A DNA stretch of 61,895 bases, counting the filler, from Choristocarpus tenellus KU-1152 (taxonomy: Eukaryota > Protista > Phaeophyceae), in NCBI GenBank assembly GCA_964200185.2. It is 12 parts of 12 records of this genome, joined end to end, with 100 filler letters (N's around TTAATTAATTAA, not from the genome) between each part and the next. Parts side by side here need not be neighbours in the genome. Positions count along the whole stretch, not along the records: positions 42,517 to 57,597 come from CAXNAD020001064.1; positions 57,698 to 61,895 come from CAXNAD020015738.1; 10 more parts are not named here. One strand, given 5' to 3'. The notes under the pieces are model-generated. The model searched no databases. It saw nothing but the letters and a program-made list of their open reading frames with translations, and was not told the DNA's origin. Shown piece after piece: positions 52,339-61,895 of this stretch. The stretch's first letter is position 1, and each line of letters opens with the position of its first letter. The translations under genes and the position numbers were made by a program.

Positions 52339-54039
52339 TGCCTTGACCTCCCCAACTTCCTATTTGCTTTTTATCTGACCTCTATTGTATTACTGCTACT
52401 ACACTCACAATTTCACTATTTGATATATTTTCACAATATTTAAGGCGTTGGCCACGTCCCCTCACCACATCCCAAAAGTGTTGTTGGGTGTGCTTGAACG
52501 TAGTGGTACACACTGAACAGGCAAAATATCGCCAGGGGATATTTTGTTCGATTTGCACTCACTACCCTTAGCAAATAATGTCGTCAGCAGTTTGACTCTG
52601 CTTCCTGCTTTCCTGGCATCATTTTTCGGAGCTGATGTATCATGTCGCCCTGTATGAAGGATGTCCAATTTATAGGTGATCAAAATGACAATAAAACTTT
52701 TGCGACGTACTTCCTGCCACTCGAAATGGACAACTGTTGGGAGTTGTTGAAGGTTTATCTTGGCACATAGGGGTATAGGCTTCGTCCCTTCATCGGACAT
52801 CCCGACGTGTAGACACTCCGCTGGTTGTGGGACCTGTGGACCCAAATTCTAATCAACGCAACCAGAAGAACCACAGTGGGGGGTCGTTCGCAATAATATC
52901 TTTACGCTAATTCTACATAATTGCACCCGTCTACACAATTATACGCACTCAGTCGAACATGTGGCGAAAATCCTATTGAACAACAATGCTATTATTGAGT
53001 ACTGTGTTATGCTACAAGCATAATGGGTTGCTGCTGACCTTCCATGACCAGAATGGGGTACTGTAGACCTCTCACACACATAGAGCTGCGTGTGGATTAC
53101 AGTGGGGGCTATGGCAGTGGGGGGTTGTGCCAGGGGTGGAGAGGAGGGGAACCTCCGCCAATCAATAGCCACTGTGCTTCACCTGTACTAGGAGTAGAGG
53201 AACAGTGGGGGGGTGTGCCTAGGCTAACCTGTGGGGGTTGTGCCGAGGGAAAAAGAGGAGGAGATCATCCACCAACTAACAGTCACATTGATCCAGCAGC
53301 ACGAGGGAGGATAGAAGCCGGTTTTCCCCAGGGGGAAGTGGGAGGATAAGTTCCAACAGCGACAAGCCACTGTGTTCAAAGAAGGGGGATCTGTCCTGTA
53401 CCTAGCCGTGCAGAACGAATTGGCCTTGCTAAACGCACATGTACATGGACCCAAGTGCTTCTACCTTCAATCCATTGATCACAAGTTCTAAACTCATATT
53501 GAAGGCGTCACAGGTAAGGGCCTTGCCAGACTGCATGAAATGGTGTAACATTTCCGGTTAAACCATTCCCCCAATAATCTCTCGCAAATTTGAAGACTAT
53601 AGTAGAATGGTATGGGGGGGTGTCTGTTGATAGTTACAAGTACCCACCACTTCATGTCTAGCAATAGCTGTTAATATGTTAATGCTTTTTAACGCGTGTT
53701 AGCTCCAGCATCAAGGACTAAAGGCGTATATCCTCTCACGGTTACACATCAGAAAAATGAGACGAAGTCCCATACACCCACCAGCAGCACATAGATACCA
53801 CCACCAGCACCTGGAACAGCCGATATCAAAAATTGAGGATATATTTTTTTTTTTTTTTTTTTTTTTAAACACATCGACACTTTATCCCAGTCAATATTGG
53901 GTCAAGCCCATCCTCAATGAAAAGCTCCATCCTCAATTTTTGAAATCGGCTGTTCAGGGAGGATATCCTGGGCTAGACCCCATACCCAACCCAAAGCTCT
54001 GCAGGTAGTGTCACTGTGTTTCGAGACTGTGACTGCTTT

Positions 54040-54380
54040 GACCTCCCTAGCCGTATGTCAGACATCCATGGAATATTTGTCTCTATCCTCCACATATATA
54101 CCTGTGGCATCAGTTTGGGTCTTTTACAAGTATACCCCATTTTTCAACTAACTGGGATCTTGAAGCACTTGAGGTCATAGTGGAGGCACCGCCCCACCAA
54201 ATTTTCTTCAGGTCTTACATCTTCCCCATTGGTTCCTTAGGTAGACACTCTTCAGACATTAACTTCTTGGGTAAGCGAGCATCTTCCATGCATTCCATGA
54301 AACCTGCAAGTGGCACCCTCTGTTTACATGTAGAGCCTTGATGCTCTTGCACCCAGTTCTCTCCGATACTTCCGTGCATG
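54040..54380 (-). mobile_element. Degenerate RTE-type LINE 3' fragment
   Basis: Frameshifted pieces ERTGCKSIKA, LAGFMECMEDARLPKKLM and RCLHYDLKCFKI match the typical RTE ORF C-terminus. Confidence 0.55.
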
Positions 54381-56747
54381 ACAGGTTGTGATCCATATTT
54401 CCCATTTGTGAAACTTGATGGAGTGCTGGATACGAAGCTCTGAGTCAAGTAATTTTCCTGAGTGTCCATGTCATACAAACATAGAAAATAGTAGGCTAGC
54501 TACTTACTCTAAATGAAGTATTTTCATTCCATCAATCTCCTTCCTTGGTTGGAACACGCTATTTGATATAGGATAGGCCACATCAAGTCAGAGTACTGTC
54601 ATAGCTGGAGCTAATGTACCATAAGAATCATGAAGAAATTTGTGCATAGTACTAGGTCCCTACAGAAGGCAAGATTACGGTGACCCTCAAAACTTGAGAT
54701 TTTCTTCAATGTTATTCTCGGTAGCATTGACGGTTGGTGACGCGAACCCTCCCTGTCATTGGTCAATGGAAGTTCATGTATGCCTTGAATGGTTAAACAC
54801 TACATGTTAAAAGGAGTACTGTACTGTTGTATTCGAACGCACTGAGTAGTGGTCCAACGCGACTGTTGACATTCCATGCATGGCTGCATCTAACCACCTA
54901 CTGGAATAAACATACCCCCAATAATATGTGAAAGGCCCCCCACACTTTTGAAGGGTGATCAAATAAGTGAGTCCTGAACTACCTTGGTTTTGTTGCCTTG
55001 ACATAGCCAACGTATAATTTGTATTATCTGCAGCCACAATTCAAAAACGATCATTGATAGTGGTCCATAAAAGCAGTAACCTCCCCCCCTGGAGTTCCAA
55101 ATAATGAACAAAAAGTGCTCCGTAGTACATGAGAGAAGTGTTCTGTCATCAAGTTTAGGTTCATTCTTGGAGTGCCAAGGAAATCTTCGGGTAGGAGGGG
55201 AAAGAGCATAAAAAGTAAAAGTCATGCATCCCCTAATATTGGACTCTTTCAAACAGTAGCAACGCTCTTCTTAACCCGTTAGTAGCCATCAACTTTCATA
55301 CTACATAGATAGGGCTTGCAAACAGTTTCCTTACAAATAGCAATACATTCTTTGGACATAGAATAAGGAACGCCATGCAGTACCTGCATCCTAAGTAAAT
55401 ATAATATTTTGTCACTACTAGTAGGAAACATTTTTCTAGCTTTAGTTCAATATACTATGTAGTTCTCCCTTCAAAAAAAGTACTATCACATGTTACCAAC
55501 ACAACGTTGACATTACATTGCATACTTTTAGGTGAACAAGATCTTGTCGCTTGACGATCAATGGCAGTGGGAGTATTGTTGAGCATTTGTTAGAAGCCCT
55601 ATGAAGTCAAACATACCTTGGACACCATCTCAGCATTGCTTCTATCAAGAGATGGATCATTGATATCCCTGTTCGATTGGATCCTCTCTCTCTCTCAGAA
55701 AATGGCATTACACTTCATGCAACTTTATTCGGAAGTTTGGTTGAGTGAGCAAAGTCTACCAGAACTCTGTCAAGGCATGGCAATGGACATTTACATGTAC
55801 GCAGCAGAGGGTGGCGCTCTTGCGATTTTATTGTGCACATGAAACACAGCTAGTTTTCAACTTGTAAGACTCATCCAGAAGAGATTTCTTTAGTCATCTC
55901 CACTGGAGTGCTCATCCTTCGTAGGACAGAGATTTGGTCAAAGCAATAGGAGGGGTCTTCTAATGCTTTAGAGCTCTAGATACGACTGATGAGAGAGAGT
56001 GTCAAATCATCTCTCTGAAGTACTCTGAACAGTTGAGCAGGGTCCATAATTGCTGGGTGGACAGTTTTCAGAGCTGAAGACTCCTTTGTAATGAAGACCA
56101 TAAAGAAAAACAAATTTGCTTCATTAAACAGTACTACCAATACTTTAGAGTATCAATAGTACAATAATAGCGTTGTGGACAGATTCACATTCTACGAAAG
56201 AAATTATTTACCAAATCACACCTTGGCGTTCACAGACAAGAGAAACGCCCTCAGAGATGGACATTTATGGCACGCTTGCAATACAACACAGCACATTCAT
56301 TTCAACACATGTTGAAGATTTGATATCAACTAGACTTGCTTGTGAAACAGGTAGTGTTGATGGTCCTTTGTACAAACATCCCATGATGATAAGACATACA
56401 GGACCATCCTCTATAGAGATGCACCCTTACATAATCTTTTTCTCAGCTTACGGCACAAACAGAAACATATCACTAACCGCAACCCTCAAGCAAACAAATA
56501 TATCATACTCAAGAACCAAAACGAAATATGTCAACACTACCAAAGTGCTCGATGCAGAATCATACAAAATGAACTATTAATAGGTATCTTGACATTTATT
56601 TATACCTAAGGTTAATGGTGCAATGATTGACATGACACTTTCAGGATCAGCAGTAGCAGGTGCTGTGCTTCATGGTGAGCATGAACGCAAATTAGTGCAG
56701 GGAGGGGGCTGCATCTTGTACAATTCCCCTTCGTCCACGCTGCTCTG

Positions 56748-56900
56748 TCATACCCCCAAGCCCAAGCCAGCAACTGGATCATTTATGTCATTGGTGACTG
56801 CTGGTAGGACAATCATCTCAATAAGTATATAGCCCAGGGTGCTAATCATAGCAATTGTGGCCACGGACATTGGCAGTCCACACTTTACAAAGTCTATCAC
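56748..56900 (-). CDS. Terminal exon of a DASS/SLC13-family (Pho87-like) anion transporter
   Basis: ggacag|VIDFVKCGLPMSVATIAMISTLGYILIEMIV: DFxKxGxP followed by a final transmembrane helix. Confidence 0.6.
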   Translation of the reverse strand: MIDFVKCGLPMSVATIAMISTLGYILIEMIVLPAVTNDINDPVAGLGLGV

Positions 56901-57926
56901 CTGTCCATCAACACAACAATTTAATAGTTCAAACCAAATGAGAGCAAAAGAATCCCCCCCCACAGAAAACAAGCAAACACAAACCCCACAAGAACAAAAA
57001 ATTAGCAGTCGCCGATAACATCAACATTCCCAAAGTTTGCCAATGTATCAAGGGTCAGTAAACAATGCAACCCCAAATTAGCATGAGACAGCAAGGTGTG
57101 TTTCCCCCAGCCAGCAACAATCAAGAGAACAACAGGATGAAGCAAAATGTGCACAAATGGGGGCAAAGAAGAGGAGTCATATCAGTTTCATACAAGCTTG
57201 AATTTTGACACCAAAAAAACATTTTTTTTAAGTGTGTCAGATGCATAGAGTGAGTCAAAGTAAACGTGAGGGGTATGCGTTTTTTACTCATTTCAATTTG
57301 AATGGTTAAATCTTTCAACTCTGTTTAAAATATGAAGACATTTGAAAAGGCCATTGAAAAGGATAATTATGGACAGTGTGGTCTACTACATGTGTCGCCA
57401 TAAAATCAGCGGGTTCCCTAAAACTAAGTGGCACCGCCCTCTCAAATGCTTTGACTCAGTAGAGGTAATATGTAATATGTGTGTGTGTGGGGGGGGGGGG
57501 TCGATCAGTATCCCTATTTCTTGCTGCCACCATGCAGACACCAACTCAACAGGAGAATTCACTCTGCCCAAAACTGTACTGCACTTAGCCACAAAGANNN
57601 NNNNNNNNNNNNNNNNNNNNNNNNNNNNNNNNNNNNNNNNNTTAATTAATTAANNNNNNNNNNNNNNNNNNNNNNNNNNNNNNNNNNNNNNNNNNNNCCC
57701 CCCTCCCAGATACTTTGGGTCGAGTGCACAGAATAATTAAATGGAGGTACCCATTAAATAGATTTATGAGATGGAGCATTCCAGTACAGATGAAAGTGTT
57801 TCTTCCTAAATGAGTATGTACTGAATGAAGATATGTGTTGGAGCTCCTCAAATCATTCTCCAAAGCTCTGCTGAAATTCAACACTTTGTACCATTGTATG
57901 TCATGCGCTAGGGGGAACCGACCTCT

Positions 57927-58177
57927 GACCCAAAGTACTTAAGAGGGTATGATGTTTTGCCCTGTTTGGGGATTGGGTTCCCACGTCTTTTATATACCCT
58001 TTTTCGATTTTCTGTGTGAAAACAGTTACCTAAAATGTATTCGACTATGAAAAGTGTGTCCAGAGCAAGGATGTTGACACTTTCTAACAAACATGGTTGC
58101 CAAAATTAATCAAAATCACAACATTGGATTTATGATCCCGAATGGACACAGTCCTAACCTCTTAAATGATTTGACTC
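57927..58177. mobile_element. MITE family A (A2), full length
   Basis: Aligns with the reverse complement of 27167-27425. Confidence 0.85.
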
Positions 58178-58218
58178 TCATTCATCTGCTCGTTCAAATG
58201 CAGCATGAGCTCACACCA

Positions 58219-58469
58219 GAGTGAAAGCATCTTAGAGGGTACGCCCTGTTCGTCCATTTGGGGCTTGGCTTCCCATGGATTTTTTATGATATTTTTCTAC
58301 TCCGAAATTGTTTTGGAGTATGTAAAATGTGTATGCTATGAAATGGTGTGTCCGGAACAAGGATATTGACACGTCCTAACAAACACTATAGCCACAATTA
58401 CATCAAAATTGCAACATTGGATTTTGACCCCAAATGGACGGAACTCTACCCTCTAAGATAATTTGACTT
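58219..58469. mobile_element. MITE family A (A1), full length, TSD ACCA
   Basis: acca|gagtgaaagcatcttagagggt ... accctctaagataatttgactt|acca. Confidence 0.92.
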
Positions 58470-58665
58470 ACCAGCAAAGAATAATAAGGCTGAGGGCAGG
58501 TTTTAATGTATTTCAAAGCGTGTGCCCAATACTTTCTGAGCCAAAGGGCCTGTCAGTTGATAAAAACTAGATGTTGAGACATAAAAAAACGAGACCAAGC
58601 GAGAGATGCATAATATCAAGACAGGTCAGCCTTATTGCAGGTTGTATTGTTGTGGTTGTGCTTAC

Positions 58666-60441
58666 TTTGCTTGAGCGGACTTGATCTGCTGCTCGAGAAC
58701 CTTAGCTATATTGGCTAACTTCAAGGCCTCCTCCAATTTCTCTTTCATCTTTGCCATTGTCCCTTGCATGGTCGCTATCTCTCCCTTGGCTCTGCCTAGC
58801 TCAGTCTCTTGGTCCTCGATCTGTTCTTCAGGTAGCGTATATATCCAAGGTGTCAGCTCAGTACTTGTCATGTTCACAAGCAAACCTCCAGGAAAAAGGC
58901 AATCAGTGCAATATCTACAATACAAATATGGCTCAAAGTATCTAGGGGAGGATGGCAGCTGTCCATTTGGGGTCAATTTTTTCATGTCACGATTTTGGGG
59001 TGATTTGGTTGGATACGTCGGATGGATAATGTAAATGCACTTTTCCTGATTTTGACCCAAATTGACACCTGGCATAGACCCCCCCCCCAGATACTTTGGG
59101 TCATATCCTTACCATCCAATTCTCAAACCTATCGAATCACTAGTTGCCACAATACTAGAAGGAATCTTAGCAAGCAGTCTAGACCCTGTAGACTGTTCAA
59201 TGCATTTCACTTTGAAGCAAAGGTTTGGGTCACGACTGGGGGGTAGGGTGTACTGGTGGATTAAAAAGAAACTATCACGCCAATAAATTAAATTGTATGT
59301 CATAAAGAACCTATGAAATGCATTCCCTTGCGATACACCCATTCCGTTCTCAATCTGTACTTTGAAGTATTGCTGTTGATCTTGGCCATAACAGTCCAAA
59401 CACATTTTCATGTTCCTCACCCAAGTTTTGCATTGTTCAAAGAAGACACACCGATGCACTATTGTAGCTTCAAAACACCTATGTGCTGATTATCAGTGCG
59501 CGATGTCAGCAGCTTGGACTATTTGATTCAGATCAGTCCCTTGTTGTCTACATTCAAGTCCCTTACAATCACTCTGCGGAACTTCGAAGAACATCCTTGC
59601 TCTAGATGAATATTTCATAGCAAAAGCAGATTTTCTCGAGAAGCCCTGGGGTTTGTGTGTGCCTTCACGTTCTCATCCTCCACCAGGGTTGTCAAACATC
59701 ATGTGTGGGTTGAATTTGAACACTCGGTTTCTACCGGTGGAAGGCGATCATTGATAGATTGAGAATATTAACTTTTTTTCTGGAAAGAACCAATTCTGTC
59801 GCTTGACCTGTCGATTTGTTACGTGCATTGTGCACAGAAAGAGATAGGGAAATCCTCCACCAAGGGGTATTGCTTACGAAACTACTATCATACTTCTTCC
59901 CACCTTCCCCATGAGGGATTGTACAATGTTTTGGGTCTTTCTGCTGCGATCATCCAGCAGCATGAAGCTGGAGTTGGCCTCTCTTCGGAGCTGTGAAATG
60001 ATGCGATTCTGTTCCTTCAAGGTGAACACCATGACCTAGATTAAAGGATAGTAGAGTATGCGTGCGATAAGCTGAACAAGAATTTTAAACATACTATGAA
60101 GAACGAGCTAGGTCGAGCGTTCGCTGACGCTACCACACCGCATTCGACGCTAATCGTCTTAAAGGCAACGACTGTGGATGCCAAGCACATATTTGATATA
60201 ACCCTTATCCATTTCTGCCTTGCTCATACGTGAGATATCAGGAAAACCAAAAGTTCCGTCGTTGCCGTTCGTCGACCCTCAATTGCACACCTGTCCACAC
60301 CTTCTTAGACACCCTGGGCTTCTCGAGCATCTGTTTCCCCTCCAGCTCGGTGGCGATATGCTCGAGCATTCCGTCCATATCATCCGTCTCTGGCCGCTCT
60401 TCTGGAAATCCTGGTGGCTGAGTTATCAAGGTAGACTCCAT
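58666..60441 (-). CDS. Hypothetical coiled-coil protein, 5' exons (60441-60301, 60035-59904, 58820-58666)
   Basis: Phase-0 junctions RVSKK|VMVFTLKEQNRIISQLR...LMGK|IEDQETELGRAKGEI; heptad-rich. Confidence 0.7.
58930..59102. mobile_element. MITE family B, full length, TSD ATAT, intronic
   Basis: atat|ggctcaaagtatctagggg ... ccccagatactttgggtc|atat. Confidence 0.92.
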
Positions 60442-61130
60442 GGCTTATATGCCGGTCAAAGGGAGTCTTTCCCGACCCTGTTATGTATAGGAAATGGAAT
60501 GGAATATCAATCGCAACATGATTTTGACAAGAAGAACTTGAAAGTATAAGATGAAAAAGTGTGGAACTGAAACCGTCACTACGAATAACGCCTTCCGCCA
60601 TTACAAAGAACGAAAAGTCCTCTCTAAACCCTTGTCTAGGTACCTGTTTTCGAAAGTTACAAACGGGTCTGGGAGGGGCCTTGCCCACCTGCCATTCTGT
60701 GAAGACACGGCCAAGGCAAGGTGCGATTGGTTGTAAGGTAACTGTTTGTCTAGGTGGAGAAGCAATTAGAATGCACACCATCTTATATGGCGAGTCTTTG
60801 TCGGGAGTACTGGCGGATGGATCTGCTTGCTTTGGTTTGGAGGGTTGTACCTGTGGGATGGTTTGCCTTAGTAGCGGCTGGGATGTGGTGGGAAAAGGAT
60901 TGCCCATTGTTTGCACATAACTAGGTGTCACCCCACAATGTGCTCGAGGCCGACCTTGACTGAGGAGATGGAGGCTTCCCTATGGAAACACATGGATGCA
61001 TGCTGTTACTGTTCGATTCAGACTAACTCTAATGACGGTATCTTCTATTTGGTTTCCTAGTCTACGATGAAACATTTATGTCTCCAGTTGATATGCCCGT
61101 GGAATTTGATTTATCTTTGCCTCCAATCAG

Positions 61131-61895
61131 ATGTCCTACAACTACCCCCCACCACCTGGAGGAAGGCCTACTGGAGGGCAACCGAATGCCTACGGCTATG
61201 GCGGACAGGCACCACCTTCGGGGGGAACAGTTCCTCCAACAGCTCCACCGCCTACCGGTGCACCTCCTGCAGGAGCAAATGTGAGCCTCACCTTAATCTC
61301 ATCAAGGGGATGTTTTTTTTTTTGCTCTCAACATTTATCCGAAGCATACCCTCCCTCTGGGCTTTTGCTCCAGTTCGAGGATGAATTTCTTCTATCTCCA
61401 AGTAGGTACAATTTTAGTAGCCAAAGAATTGATTAGCATTCCCTCAGAAACACAGACCAGGAAGAATTGTAGCAAGGAATGAGTATCAGTTAAAGCAAAC
61501 TCATAGTACTCCTATGCCATGCGCATCATCTTTGCGACACTGTTCGGTCCCTGCTCCCTTTTCACATGCCAACCTTGTCAAAGTTTCCGCTGGATCCCCT
61601 CTTCTGAATCCCCGCTCTTAACCTTTTACACTCTCTTACCTCCACCTCCACCCCCCACATACCCTCAACAACACACGTTTCATTGTCGAATGCCCGTCTT
61701 TTGCACATTCTTGCCCAACAGCAATTCAATGGCTATGGCCCTCCTTCAAGTGCACCCCCACAGGGACAACAGTATGGAGTGGCTCCGCAGCAAACAGGCC
61801 CAACTAGTTACCACCCTCCCCCACAGCAGCAGCAACCATTTTCGGCCAGCTATGGTGCCCCCCCCGCTGGGCGTCAGTCGCCAGCCGCCTACAAT
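61131..61895 (+). CDS. N-terminus of a Pro/Gly/Gln/Tyr-rich protein (exons 61131-61280, 61722->61895); product unknown, composition resembles Sec24 or annexin N-termini
   Basis: MSYNYPPPPGG...PAGAN|QFNGYGPPSSAPPQGQQYG across a phase-0 GT-AG intron. Confidence 0.7.

Noticed and set aside
53100-53290. Imperfect ~60-nt direct repeat (gtgggggttgtgcc...)
   Set aside because: Short, diverged local duplication with no further structure.
55615-56090. Stop-codon reassignment explaining the in-frame TAG/TAA
   Set aside because: Intact genes here end in TAG (ISCA2, ACOT9-like) or TGA and contain no internal stops; decay is the simpler explanation.

Overview
Eukaryotic nuclear DNA with spliceosomal GT-AG introns, dispersed (TTAGGG)n tracts and RWP-RK/bZIP genes; overall style suggests a brown alga or related stramenopile (inference only). 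The window is not one natural locus: it is 12 segments joined by 11 identical artificial 100-nt spacers (N44-TTAATTAATTAA-N44). Genes I can splice by hand: a bZIP transcription factor (3'-truncated), an RWP-RK transcription factor, and a compact cluster of mitochondrial EF-G2 (GFM2), a PP2C phosphatase and ISCA2. There are also partial or terminal exons of an ACOT9-like thioesterase, a TPR-like protein, an ankyrin protein, a Pho87/DASS-type transporter and several hypothetical proteins. Mobile DNA is abundant: a decayed Ngaro/DIRS-type tyrosine-recombinase retrotransposon, RTE- and CRE-like LINE fragments, a tRNA-Gly-like SINE head, a possible KDZ-associated relic, and about 19 copies or fragments of related MITEs sharing the terminus GRNYNAAAGTATCT, two with perfect 4-bp TSDs. 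The best candidate for something undescribed is a set of small inverted-repeat elements carrying telomeric TTAGGG tracts in the bZIP introns, with one (CCCTAA)n tract sitting at the branch-point position of a coding exon. All calls come from reading the sequence; no searches were run.
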